A DNA stretch of 60,448 nucleotides from IMG/VR virus record IMGVR_UViG_3300021479_000021, positions 1-60,448 of that record, one strand, 5' to 3'. Positions 47,201 through 56,743 of this stretch are shown here, one piece after another. A program made the position numbers and the translations under genes. Below the pieces are notes generated by a model. It saw nothing but the letters and a program-made list of their open reading frames with translations, did not search any database and was not told the DNA's origin. How positions within the stretch are numbered: position 1 is the first letter of the stretch; each line of letters opens with the position of its first letter. The DNA is from a virus. Lineage: Duplodnaviria > Caudoviricetes.

Positions 47201-47844
47201 GCTGTAAAAGTATAAATTCTTGCTATAAGTAATTCTCTTTCAGGATTAGCATAAACTAATTCTGCTCCTTGTGTATTAAGAATTTTGTTTTTTATAAGAT
47301 CATAATCCCATTCCTGATTAACAAAACCTTCAAGGCTTTCTATTAATTCTGTTAGTGTTTTATAACGTGCCAGCTTTTTAATAAAAGCTTGTTGAGTTTC
47401 CTTGGGTAGTTTATTTAATTCTAATGCTAAGTTATCTACTTTACTTTTAGTATTTGTGTCAGCATCTCTATACCAATTTTTTTGTGCTGGTAATAAAGCA
47501 TTAAAAAATAGTTTAGCTTTTCTGTAGCTTTGAAGATCCCTTAGATCATCTTCAAGTTCTTCAAAATTTTGATATTGTATAACCGGCTTAGGTAACTGTC
47601 CAAGTAAATCTTTTAATTCAAACAAATTATCACTGAGTCTTTCAAGATCAATCATAGGGATCTTATCATCAAATCTGAATTTGGTAAACAGACCTAAAAA
47701 TCCAGGTCTTTTTTTAAGCCAGACCTGTATTTGTAAAAAATCAGGATCCTTGGGATCAATATTATTTTTTGTAATAACCGACTTAGCTTTTTGCATATCT
47801 TCATTCATGAGGTTGAATGAATCAAAATTCAGTACAAATGACAT
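44230..47844 (-). CDS. large paralog-family protein B with C-terminal ankyrin repeats
   Basis: SWCI domain, then ACKNDDLEMVKLLFNNGA, AASNGHLDILK, ASVNGHTDIVKFL, AIKGGNLELVKYLISKGA; probable start MSFVLNFDSF. Confidence 0.85.
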   Translation of the reverse strand: MSFVLNFDSFNLMNEDMQKAKSVITKNNIDPKDPDFLQIQVWLKKRPGFLGLFTKFRFDDKIPMIDLERLSDNLFELKDLLGQLPKPVIQYQNFEELEDDLRDLQSYRKAKLFFNALLPAQKNWYRDADTNTKSKVDNLALELNKLPKETQQAFIKKLARYKTLTELIESLEGFVNQEWDYDLIKNKILNTQGAELVYANPERELLIARIYTFTASKALLSDTSWCIKDSKTHWDTYVGAEYKFNAQYSIWDFAVPFSDIHTRVGVTIDQDGNVYKPSNNNNAAHFKDDTQIRDFDQYAKQYNIPLNVLKPMSISEKEDKQKEIELLYEFKAAIRTSDNEKIFYLFDNGLNPFTDDNAVMNLALVNCDEELFNKLINDYGYKIDGFIEVNSVNYEYIDYVAMQTQKNKDFIIFLYDKGCHIHTNYKFPLTLSIAMDDVDFYKYLLTKGYRSSDEVYALTDIKNIRPNKAISTQNQIVYASKVQAIKLFMFLSKQFPNLIKELSDEDKNNIASQLSIENRNKNITQDIQIPLINFYIENYKFDKETIKAFFPDVINLKNEELIDKFLAFDKSVLNMNISYNRFRETPMFITIQAIPVKLINNPDFSFNVELAKKLFDLGAEPCFDEENSDKKEIDELKFFYHLNDEKRFYEYLKRGGDINVDGGELLGMSVHEKDIDKIKFLLDKGANPNLPNSSNSIFLSTIPGRYDEETDLNNKILLMFLEAGAEPSGLKKTNYGEKVSPDNNYSIIQYASDKDVHEIMDFFYERNNDLSEICKDTLNKWVSYTIRNKKYDQLKKLIDKENLDLKKLGSAPITQAIKDQYSKENEEKIVDNTKLVAYLIKNGCPVNEPDKHSHAPIYEACKNDDLEMVKLLFNNGASLKDLDYFTIGYNGYTDILNFALENGYKKFKDNILSNSIFEYAASNGHLDILKLGQKYNILDKKDLNLYLLKASVNGHTDIVKFLESLGVDLNKYNSGSRSFESNNGTALISAIKGGNLELVKYLISKGAYYKDRKVIETKSYHFNKSEKSEIIISSFAEAVKKQSNENINDMMGIIKYFVEDLKFKYTFKQMLYSTYSYEIMKYLIENGPQLTDEEINKLVESYAYNGESDEGLEFLFNKYKGKIININDLGINAARKSWSGDQVASLEKTKYLIEQQGADPQYIYNELKTGKNLEDDVREYLKEAIKKAKVDLKQKERLNKKGAQ

Positions 47845-47897
47845 TAATTTTATTGAGTTTGAATTATATATCAAATTTTACTAATATACAATACAAG

Positions 47898-48545
47898 TTA
47901 TTTCTGAATATACAATTCACTCATGCTAACAATAAAAGTTTCATCAGGCGAATATTGTGGGTATACTAATATGTTTCTACCTCTTTTAGAAATAACAATT
48001 ACTTGAGTAAGTCGGCAATACCCAAAATTAGGACCTTGTTTATAATAAAGATGGGCACCTTCAAATACATTTTCGTCCATAACTTGTTTATGTGTATTAA
48101 GAATACCGTTTATGATAAGTGGTTTACGACCGGCGTTAATTCTTGAGAATATAATAAATTCAGATTTGTTTTCTGGATGTAGGTTCATACATACTCTTAA
48201 AGCAAACATATCAGCTTCGAGTTCTTCCTCTTTTTGTGTTAATCTTCTTTTTGGATTCCAATGAAATAATACATGTCCTACCTCATGAAAAAATACATAT
48301 AAATTATGAATTGTATCCATGGAACGAACATGGATTATCTTACCATCTGTTTGGCCCATTAAATCAATACCAGTTTCAACAGACCATAATTTCTCAGGAA
48401 GAACTTCTAATTTACAATTCAACATATCAGAAATTTTCTTAGCTAAATTCCAGTTAGTAAGATTTTTATCTTCTTCTAAATAAGAGTTCCAGGTTCTACT
48501 TACATTTGAAGCAGCCTTCTTTATCAAATGATTTATATTACTCAC
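47898..48545 (-). CDS. ImmA/IrrE-family metallopeptidase
   Basis: FHEVGH and EELEADMFA. Confidence 0.8.
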   Translation of the reverse strand: MSNINHLIKKAASNVSRTWNSYLEEDKNLTNWNLAKKISDMLNCKLEVLPEKLWSVETGIDLMGQTDGKIIHVRSMDTIHNLYVFFHEVGHVLFHWNPKRRLTQKEEELEADMFALRVCMNLHPENKSEFIIFSRINAGRKPLIINGILNTHKQVMDENVFEGAHLYYKQGPNFGYCRLTQVIVISKRGRNILVYPQYSPDETFIVSMSELYIQK

Positions 48546-49600
48546 AAAACAAGTTTCACTAATACCTTCTCAACAAATTCTTTCATATCATCATAGTTAG
48601 CCAAACCTATAGTATCCATTTTACCATGACAATAATTGATAAGTCCATAATTATTTTTACCATCTACTTTAGGTAATGTTGTAATAACACATGATTGTAT
48701 ACCTTTTTCATGAAGAATAGAAGCATCACTTCTAGCCATGGTATCATCAAATGGTTCACATTCAAAAGTCTCTCTGATGTAGTTAAAAAGACTATTTCTT
48801 TTTCTTCCAACTATAAAATTTGTACCACCAACAGCAGTCAGTTCTAAATTCACTACCCAGCGAATAGATCCATATTCACCGGCTTTAATCATTGTAGCTA
48901 ATCTGTCGGCTCCAATACCACCAAGTTCTTCACCATCAGTAAATACAATTGTAGTATCCGGCATTAAAAGCTTTAAAGCAATAAGATTTATTATACTGGC
49001 ACTGTTATCATTACAGTTATCAATATCAGGATTTTTAATATCATGGTGAGCAATAAGCATTGTACTGCTTTTACCTGGAAGAACTATGTTGTATAGTTTA
49101 TTTTCTTCCATTCTAAGCATTTTTTTCTTGAACCTCAAAACATCTTCATGGAAATTTAAATTCATTTCCAGTGTAAAAAATCTTTCTCTTAAGTCTTCAG
49201 GTATTTGATCACTAAAGAAAAATTCAACAGGTAAATGTATGCTTCTGGATGAAGTTTCTTGAAAAGACGTTTTTATAAGATTTCTAAGTTCTATAAACTC
49301 AGCTTTTACTTTCTCTGTTATATTTTCAATTTCGACTAAAGGTAGATTAAATAAAACAGATTCTTCTTTTGAGAAACCGAAAGAAATAGGATCTGTTGTT
49401 GAAGCCTGTGTGAAAGAATCTATTGTATACTCTATATTCAGAGACTTAAGCATATCCGTAATAAAATTCATTCTTGGTGTAGGCATATTACCATTCATAG
49501 TAGCATCACCAATATTTCTCACCTTACAGAATTCTTTTAATACAGTATAGTCAAAATTTCCCATTATATCGCTCTTTATAAAACTTATTACGTTTTTCAA
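48542..49600 (-). CDS. M28-family metallopeptidase
   Basis: AHHD, NDNSAS, GEE, NLE, SD, H...DT. Confidence 0.8.
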   Translation of the reverse strand: MKNVISFIKSDIMGNFDYTVLKEFCKVRNIGDATMNGNMPTPRMNFITDMLKSLNIEYTIDSFTQASTTDPISFGFSKEESVLFNLPLVEIENITEKVKAEFIELRNLIKTSFQETSSRSIHLPVEFFFSDQIPEDLRERFFTLEMNLNFHEDVLRFKKKMLRMEENKLYNIVLPGKSSTMLIAHHDIKNPDIDNCNDNSASIINLIALKLLMPDTTIVFTDGEELGGIGADRLATMIKAGEYGSIRWVVNLELTAVGGTNFIVGRKRNSLFNYIRETFECEPFDDTMARSDASILHEKGIQSCVITTLPKVDGKNNYGLINYCHGKMDTIGLANYDDMKEFVEKVLVKLVL

Positions 49601-49674
49601 ATATAAAAGGTTTTAATGACAATAACAAAAACTTTTGATTAAAAATAAAAAAGCCCGTTTCCGGGCTAATTTAC

Positions 49675-51543
49675 TTAATTTGTTCTGTAAATATAATAGG
49701 TTTCACCTTCGAAATTTATTTCATGTTCTTTACCATCATAACGAGATAAACCGTGACCTCTACCATATTCATTAACACAATATTGAATGTAATCATCTTC
49801 ATTAATATATTTCATTAAAAATTTACCTGTTTTCTCATCAGGTCTTTCTTCTCCGTTTCTTTTAATAAAACGGATAAGATCTCTGTCTTCAAGAGCTTGT
49901 AAAGGATCATCTCTTAATTCAGAGTTATAATCATCAGCTTTATCCTCAATTTTCTCAGCTGTATATTCCCAATACATATCGTTATCAGTATCTTCCATAC
50001 CAGAAATTTTTGTATCTAAAATATCAATTTGATCCAGAAGTTTTTTATATTTAATTGTATTAGGTTTTAAACCACTCAATTGTTCTTCAAGATTTTGTTT
50101 TTCTATTTCCAGATTATCTTTTAACTCTTCAACACCAGGTTTCATTTCTTTTTCTACATCATAAGATTCTGGGTTTTCTGATACTTTACTATAATCCACA
50201 CCAAAATCACGTACAACAGCATCAGTATCAATATAATCAGATATCATCCATTTACTCCCACAAACACCTATTTCATCTAAAACTTGCTTTAAATACTCCT
50301 TTGCTGCTTTATCAGCTTCTTCATCGGTACCAATTGCATATTCAGCATTACCATAAGCAAATAATCTCAAACCGTAGTAATCATGATTTTCCTCTTCCAA
50401 AGCATACACATCATCAGATTCATCCATAACACCAGCATCTACTAAATATTCTCTTAAGGCATGTGCCATAGGATCATTTTCCCATTCATTATCTTCTCTT
50501 CTTTCAGCTAATCTCTCAGCACGTCTTTTCACCTTTTCAGCTTCCATTTTAGCTTGAAATTCAACTATCTTTGCTTGTCTTACTTTTGCATCCTTTTTCT
50601 TATCAGCAAGCTCTTTTTTAGTAAGACCGACAAATACATTAGTTTTTATACCATAAACTTTAACAAATTCTTTAAAGTCTGTAGCATTATTTTGTGCATC
50701 CTGACAGTTTCTTATTATACCATCTTGTTTAACAGTAACACCTACCTGATGTAAAGGATCAGATTTTTCACGCTTGAGATCCCAAGCAAAATACTGAACA
50801 TTTCCTTCTGTTTCAACGTATTGTTTCCAAGAGTCAATACCACCATCTTTACTGATACACCAGTTGTAACTACCCAAATAATAAGAATCTATAAATTCAC
50901 CAATTCTGGCCACAATTATACTATTTTCTAAATCTTCATAGACTACTTTACTAAATTCAGTACTTTGTATTTTATGTTTTACTTTAGTTAGTGTTTCATC
51001 TTGAGACATTTTCTGTATGAATAATTCCATATCCATTATAAGATCTTCGAGGTCTTTGGCCCTACTTAAAGATTTAGTAAATATTTTTACTTCCTTTTCA
51101 TCAAACTCTGATATTGTTGCTGCCAGGTCTATATAAGGTTGTAATTTATCAGGTTCTAGCTCAAATAATTCTCTTCTTAAATCACCTATTACAGAGTTTA
51201 ATATTCTTCGAGCATTTCTTTCTTTATCCAGTTTCTGAAGATCATCGTATAATTCATGGAAGTCTGTATATTCTAAAACCGGCTTAGGTAATTTAGATAT
51301 AGTACCTTTGTTGGCTGTAATAAAATGAATGATTTGACGAATTTGTTCTAAAGTTACATCTTGTTCAAACATAAACTTTGTAAATTGACCCAAGTAGCTA
51401 GGAGATTTTTTAAGTAAGTTATCTCTTAATTCAATGTAATCTGGATTGTTTGGATCAATATCATTTTCCTGTAATACTTTCTTAGCAATCATAGCGTTTT
51501 CATTAACACCGTAAATATCATCATATTTCTTAAAAAACTTCAT
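49675..51543 (-). CDS. large paralog-family protein C with acidic C-terminal domain
   Basis: IDPNNPDY...YLGQFTKF...NWCI...QYFAWD...VGVTV. Confidence 0.8.
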   Translation of the reverse strand: MKFFKKYDDIYGVNENAMIAKKVLQENDIDPNNPDYIELRDNLLKKSPSYLGQFTKFMFEQDVTLEQIRQIIHFITANKGTISKLPKPVLEYTDFHELYDDLQKLDKERNARRILNSVIGDLRRELFELEPDKLQPYIDLAATISEFDEKEVKIFTKSLSRAKDLEDLIMDMELFIQKMSQDETLTKVKHKIQSTEFSKVVYEDLENSIIVARIGEFIDSYYLGSYNWCISKDGGIDSWKQYVETEGNVQYFAWDLKREKSDPLHQVGVTVKQDGIIRNCQDAQNNATDFKEFVKVYGIKTNVFVGLTKKELADKKKDAKVRQAKIVEFQAKMEAEKVKRRAERLAERREDNEWENDPMAHALREYLVDAGVMDESDDVYALEEENHDYYGLRLFAYGNAEYAIGTDEEADKAAKEYLKQVLDEIGVCGSKWMISDYIDTDAVVRDFGVDYSKVSENPESYDVEKEMKPGVEELKDNLEIEKQNLEEQLSGLKPNTIKYKKLLDQIDILDTKISGMEDTDNDMYWEYTAEKIEDKADDYNSELRDDPLQALEDRDLIRFIKRNGEERPDEKTGKFLMKYINEDDYIQYCVNEYGRGHGLSRYDGKEHEINFEGETYYIYRTN

Positions 51544-51622
51544 TTAAATACTTTGCTTTTTTGTATATATGATTAAACTAAGTTGGATTAAGAGGTATAA
51601 TAATTAATACAATAAATATATC

Positions 51623-52384
51623 ATGGAACATATTACAAAACCAACAATAACCGGTGGCCACACATTAGAATTAGATTATACAAATAATCATATAAGATTT
51701 GATTTCAATGATTTATATGTTGCAATGTCTGGTAAAAATATTGATTATATTGAAAATTTATGGGGAAATATTATACCATATGCTGATAAAATACCTTATA
51801 ATACAATATCTTATAGTAATGGATTTTACAATTTTCGAACAGAAAATTTAGAAAATGATTATTATAATTTTTTAGACTTAACGATTACAGTAAACTTACA
51901 AAAGTCGGAACTTGAATATTTACAAGAAATATATAATAATCAAAATATATTCACATTCACTTGGACAAGATTCATAAATATTGAATCAGTTAATACATAC
52001 AATTCACATCAAGCAAGAATCGCTAAATTTGAAATTGTATTCGAAGGAGAGGAAACAACTAAGGTAAAATTACGAATTATAATGCCTTGTTTCAATTTGT
52101 ATTTACATGATTTAACACCAGAAAAAGTTTGCTACTATAAAGCAGAATGGAAAACAATATTTAATAATAGATTCGATTTTGTACTTAAAACATATTTAAT
52201 CTATATTCTTCTACATCAAGCAAAAAATATTACAGATAGAGAATTACTTTCTGTTGGAGAATATTATACGAACTTGGGACTATTCGATAAAGTAAGCCAT
52301 ATTAATAATCCAACAGAAATAAAAATAATATTAACAGAGGGTGATCGAGATTTTAAATTTACCTATACCAAACCAAATATATAA
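51623..52384 (+). CDS. hypothetical protein
   Basis: 253-aa ORF. Confidence 0.65.
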   Translation: MEHITKPTITGGHTLELDYTNNHIRFDFNDLYVAMSGKNIDYIENLWGNIIPYADKIPYNTISYSNGFYNFRTENLENDYYNFLDLTITVNLQKSELEYLQEIYNNQNIFTFTWTRFINIESVNTYNSHQARIAKFEIVFEGEETTKVKLRIIMPCFNLYLHDLTPEKVCYYKAEWKTIFNNRFDFVLKTYLIYILLHQAKNITDRELLSVGEYYTNLGLFDKVSHINNPTEIKIILTEGDRDFKFTYTKPNI

Positions 52385-52387
52385 TAC

Positions 52388-52747
52388 ATGAAGTATTTAG
52401 ATTCTTATGATCCCGATAATGATAATAGCGTAGACTCATTTGATGAGTTTATGATGAATGCTATAAATAAACGTCAAGCAGAAAATCCTACTCATCAAAT
52501 ATCCAAGAAAACAGTTCCAATTAAGAAAGAAATAAAACCTAAACAGGAAGTTAAACCATTAAAAGAAATAGCTAAGATTATTGTTTTTGATATATCAACC
52601 GGTATAATTGATATCTCATTATATGGTAAAAGAAGAAGATATGAAGGTGCCAGCCTTTATATAAAAGAAGAGTTAGAGAAATATATTAAGAATAACAGAA
52701 AAACTAAATTTTTTAATATACTCAAAGATCTTAAAACTATTTCCTAG
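52388..52747 (+). CDS. hypothetical protein
   Basis: ORF track. Confidence 0.6.
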   Translation: MKYLDSYDPDNDNSVDSFDEFMMNAINKRQAENPTHQISKKTVPIKKEIKPKQEVKPLKEIAKIIVFDISTGIIDISLYGKRRRYEGASLYIKEELEKYIKNNRKTKFFNILKDLKTIS

Positions 52748-53511
52748 TGAAGGAACCAAATACCATTTTCAACTTTTTGCTCTAAACTGTTTTCTAATGG
52801 ATCCGGGATATTTTTAAGAAAATCAATATTAGTCTTTAATTCAATAGCATCTATTGAAACAATATAGTCATTTAAATTGTAAACATTTATATCCTGATTC
52901 GGTATCAAAAAAGCAACAGTTTCGTAAATATTCAGATTCGCATCATAATGAACAATTATCTTATAGAATTCTTCCGGAACGGCTACAGAATCTTTTGATA
53001 TTGTCTTTAAGCCTGGTTTGAGAATACCGCCAGCGAATATAAATAGGTCACCTTTAGTATCAGACCATGTTCTACATTGGGTTTCTAATTTTTTCCATAT
53101 ACCTTTATTAAATCCAGAGACTTGTGGAGATATATTACTTAGAAAAAAACATTCTTCCATGGCCGTTTTATTAAAACACATATCAGCCTGACAAGCAAGA
53201 TGTCCTCTATCATAACCGTTATTCGTATAATCGGTTGTTTTGACATGTACACCTACAATTAAAGAATCTGGTACAAAATGATCTACTCTAGCTAAAGTAC
53301 ACTGAGACATGTCTTTTGTAAGATGATAATAAGAACAGAAGGCCTGTCTATATTGTTGAGAATAAAGAACCGAATAATATTTATGTTTAAGTGTTTGTGT
53401 CTTCTGTGCTGTATAAGGTTGAAGATATTCAACATCAACAACTGTTGGTGTTTGATAACCAAAATTAATTGATATTAGTAGAAATGATATTATAATTGAT
53501 AATTTTTTCAT
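52744..53511 (-). CDS. secreted DNA/RNA non-specific endonuclease (NucA/EndoG family)
   Basis: signal peptide; DRGH, SNISPQ..GFN.GIW..LE, VPEEFYK. Confidence 0.92.
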   Translation of the reverse strand: MKKLSIIISFLLISINFGYQTPTVVDVEYLQPYTAQKTQTLKHKYYSVLYSQQYRQAFCSYYHLTKDMSQCTLARVDHFVPDSLIVGVHVKTTDYTNNGYDRGHLACQADMCFNKTAMEECFFLSNISPQVSGFNKGIWKKLETQCRTWSDTKGDLFIFAGGILKPGLKTISKDSVAVPEEFYKIIVHYDANLNIYETVAFLIPNQDINVYNLNDYIVSIDAIELKTNIDFLKNIPDPLENSLEQKVENGIWFLH

Positions 53512-53521
53512 TGTATATTTT

Positions 53522-53971
53522 TTAATTTTTAAAGGTACTTATATAATCACTACAGATACCATAAGCATTTATAATATCATAATCGAATCTTTCTGGAAGT
53601 ACACATATAGACATATCAGTAAGTTTTTTTCCTGGATATGTCCAAATGTATCCTTTAGACGTTAATGTAAAATCATCGTCTTGGTGCCAAAAATAATGAA
53701 TATTTTTATCATATAAAAATAATTCGTATAAAGATTCAATATTTTTTGCATGACACCATAACTTATCATTCATTAGAAAGGTTATATCTATTTCGTAATT
53801 AGGTTCGTCATGACCAAGGTACCATTTCTTATCTACATACCACACATCAATTTCTACTTCAAAACCAGCTTCTAATGCTGCCTGAATATATTCAGGACTG
53901 TTTTCGAGATCCTTTTTCTTTCCTTCTAAGTTTCCTCTATGAGATATTAATATCATTGATGTATTTGTCAT
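53522..53971 (-). CDS. PLC/GDPD-like phosphodiesterase-fold protein
   Basis: ISHRGN, ENSP, VEIDVW, LGHD, ICSD. Confidence 0.8.
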   Translation of the reverse strand: MTNTSMILISHRGNLEGKKKDLENSPEYIQAALEAGFEVEIDVWYVDKKWYLGHDEPNYEIDITFLMNDKLWCHAKNIESLYELFLYDKNIHYFWHQDDDFTLTSKGYIWTYPGKKLTDMSICVLPERFDYDIINAYGICSDYISTFKN

Positions 53972-54272
53972 TTTCTACACAAGGTGTTTTTACAACTACT
54001 GTTACAGCATCTGTTATAGATGCAAAGTCTGTTGATTCGCCAGGCTCTATTGTTATTATTGAATCAGGCCCATAAAGAACATTATTCATTTTAACTGTTC
54101 CAGAAACTATTACAGTGATCTCTGTTGCTATTTTATGATGATGTCTTTCTTCTTTATCACCAGCTGTATACCTTTTTATAGCAGTTTCGAAGTCATTAGT
54201 TTTAAGCACTGATGGATTAAAGTTGCCAACGAACCATCCTCGGGTCATTTCGGAAAGATTATCTATTTTCAT
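53937..54272 (-). CDS. cupin-fold protein
   Basis: HHHKIATEITVIVSG. Confidence 0.75.
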   Translation of the reverse strand: MKIDNLSEMTRGWFVGNFNPSVLKTNDFETAIKRYTAGDKEERHHHKIATEITVIVSGTVKMNNVLYGPDSIITIEPGESTDFASITDAVTVVVKTPCVENDKYINDINIS

Positions 54273-54305
54273 GAGGATATATATGTGAAATAATAGGATA
54301 TTATT

Positions 54306-55667
54306 ATGTCAAATATAAAACTTGTGATTTTTGATTTAGATGGAACATTAATTGAGTCAACTAAAGAATTACATTACGAAGCTCTAAATAAAGCTTTATA
54401 TGAAATATCACCAAATTTTATAATTAATAAAAAAGAACATGAAGATATTTATGATGCTCTTTCAACTAAACAAAAACTACATTTGTTAACATTAAACAAA
54501 GGCCTTAATATAGATCATCATGATAAAATAAATAAAAGAAAACAAGAAATTACTTTTGAACTTCTAAAAAATCACATTTTCAATATAGACAGAACAGAAT
54601 TTCTAAAAGATTTAAAAAATGAAGGCTTTAAAATAGCCATTTGTACTAACTCAATTAAAAAAACTACTGGTATTATTTTAGAAAAATTAGGTATAACAGA
54701 ATTAGTTGATATTGTTTTTACTAATGAAGACGTTACTAAACCTAAACCAGATCAGGAAATATTCAATAAAGCAATTAATTATTTTAATATTGAACCTAAT
54801 GAATGTATAATATATGAAGATTCTAAATATGGTATTGAAGCAGCAGAAAAAACAGGAGCTTTTCTAAGAGTTGTTAAAGATGTTGATAAATTAAATACAC
54901 AGACCGTTAAAAAAGATATTAATGATTATAACATTAAAAATATGGAAATAAATATACTTATACCTATGAGTGGAAAAGGAAGTCGTTTCTTAGCAACACA
55001 TAAAGAACCAAAACCTCTTATAAAGATTAAAGAAAATTTGACCATGATAGAATTGGTCGTGAAAAATTTAAACATCAAAGGTAATTATATTTTTATAGTT
55101 CTTAAAGAACATTATGAAAAGTATGATTTACATAATGTGTTAACTAAAACTTCATCTAATGTAAAAATTGTAATCGTTGATTCAGTAACAGAAGGAGCTT
55201 GTTGCACATCCCTCTTGGCTAAAGACATAATAAATAATGATACACCTATATTCATAGCTAATTCAGATCAATATGTTGAAGATTGGAATCCAGAAGAATT
55301 TTTTTATAAAATACATTCAAATAATTTAGATGGTGGTATAGTTACCTTTAGAGACACTGATCCTAAATGGTCATTTGCAAAGATAGATGAAAATGGTATA
55401 GTAACAGAAGTTGCGGAAAAACGTCAAATTAGTGATATATCAACCGTGGGATTTTACTACTGGGTGAAGGGTTCTGATTATGTTAAGTATGCTGAACAAA
55501 TGATAAATAAAAATATAAGAGTAAACGGAGAATTTTTCATCGCACCTGTTTACAATGAAGCTATTATCGATAATAAAAAATTTACAACATTTGATATTAA
55601 AAAAATGTTCGGACTTGGCATACCAAACGATTTACAGATCTTTCTAAATTCTGGATTGATATACTAA
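54306..55667 (+). CDS. HAD phosphatase fused to sugar-phosphate nucleotidyltransferase
   Basis: IFDLDGTL, KPKPD, YEDS..G; IPMSGKGSRF...PKPLI, NSDQ, EK, NGEF, GLG.P.DL. Confidence 0.88.
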   Translation: MSNIKLVIFDLDGTLIESTKELHYEALNKALYEISPNFIINKKEHEDIYDALSTKQKLHLLTLNKGLNIDHHDKINKRKQEITFELLKNHIFNIDRTEFLKDLKNEGFKIAICTNSIKKTTGIILEKLGITELVDIVFTNEDVTKPKPDQEIFNKAINYFNIEPNECIIYEDSKYGIEAAEKTGAFLRVVKDVDKLNTQTVKKDINDYNIKNMEINILIPMSGKGSRFLATHKEPKPLIKIKENLTMIELVVKNLNIKGNYIFIVLKEHYEKYDLHNVLTKTSSNVKIVIVDSVTEGACCTSLLAKDIINNDTPIFIANSDQYVEDWNPEEFFYKIHSNNLDGGIVTFRDTDPKWSFAKIDENGIVTEVAEKRQISDISTVGFYYWVKGSDYVKYAEQMINKNIRVNGEFFIAPVYNEAIIDNKKFTTFDIKKMFGLGIPNDLQIFLNSGLIY

Positions 55668-55747
55668 TCTTTAAACTTTCTTATCAAGGTTATTAGTTTT
55701 AAAAAATGTTTCTTTACCGTACTTATCAATCTTATAAACATCATTAC

Positions 55748-56395
55748 CTATATGTGTAGATGTAAATACAAATTATCATCATTTTCATATTTAACACAGC
55801 ACCATACAGGACTAAACTCTTCTTTAGCTTCGTTGAGAGTTTTCTCATCTGTTTTATATTTATTAACATCATCGATTAAAGGGTATTGTTCTTTATCGAG
55901 AAATTCTCCTTCACATTTTTTATTTAAATCATTGAAGTAATGCCACCGTTCACCTTTCTTTTTTACTGTAGACCACGAATTGTTATCATAATATGTATCT
56001 TCTATTCTTTGTGATAAAACTTTAGCACTATCTGGTACATTATTTTTAATAAGAAATTCCTTTAATTGACCTACATTTAAATTATGTTTATAACTTAAAT
56101 TTTCTTGATGTAATTGTTCAATTATCAAATCTTTAGCTGGTTTTGTCTTCTCAATCATTATCTCACAGATAACACCTAACGCTTCAGCTTTATTAAACAG
56201 AATATACATATCATCTTTACTCAAACAATTAATGACTACTTGAATATCATCTACTAAACAATCAACATTCTTTTTAGCTTGAGTTAGTGATAAACTACTA
56301 TGCTTACGAAGCAATTCCACAAGTGACACTTTTTGAAGACCTTCTTTCCATCCGGTAAAAACTACTCTGTATAATGTTTCAATTGCTAATTCCAT
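55748..56395 (-). CDS. hypothetical protein with N-terminal L7/L12-CTD-like domain
   Basis: KVSLVELLRKHSSLSLTQAKKNVD. Confidence 0.5.
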   Translation of the reverse strand: MELAIETLYRVVFTGWKEGLQKVSLVELLRKHSSLSLTQAKKNVDCLVDDIQVVINCLSKDDMYILFNKAEALGVICEIMIEKTKPAKDLIIEQLHQENLSYKHNLNVGQLKEFLIKNNVPDSAKVLSQRIEDTYYDNNSWSTVKKKGERWHYFNDLNKKCEGEFLDKEQYPLIDDVNKYKTDEKTLNEAKEEFSPVWCCVKYENDDNLYLHLHI

Positions 56396-56399
56396 TTGT

Positions 56400-56663
56400 T
56401 TATCTTCCTAATTTATCAATTTTATCTTTTTGATTTTTCTTATCGTTTTTATCAATATCATCGTAATAATAATCTTGTAATTCATATAAATAAAATATTA
56501 ATAATCCTACAAATCCACTAGCTGAAGATATTGTAATAATATGTATAAGTCTCATTTGATTTAAGAAAGGATCATTGAATGCTAATATAACTAGAAACAG
56601 CAATAAGCAAGTTAATGAAAAATATCGAACAAATATTATTAATATTTCAAGAACTTTTTTCAT
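56400..56663 (-). CDS. two-TM membrane protein
   Basis: two hydrophobic segments, charged C-terminus; start uncertain. Confidence 0.55.
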   Translation of the reverse strand: MKKVLEILIIFVRYFSLTCLLLFLVILAFNDPFLNQMRLIHIITISSASGFVGLLIFYLYELQDYYYDDIDKNDKKNQKDKIDKLGR

Positions 56664-56743
56664 GGTATATACATCATATAAAATTTTAAAAACATTTTGA
56701 CAAAATAACATATAAAAATTAAATTACCAAATTTTATTTAAAA

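Noticed and set aside
34268-47874. The 1610-aa or 1214-aa proteins as Cas13/Cas12 effectors
   Set aside because: No HEPN pair or RuvC motifs recognised; one is an ankyrin-repeat paralog and the other looks structural
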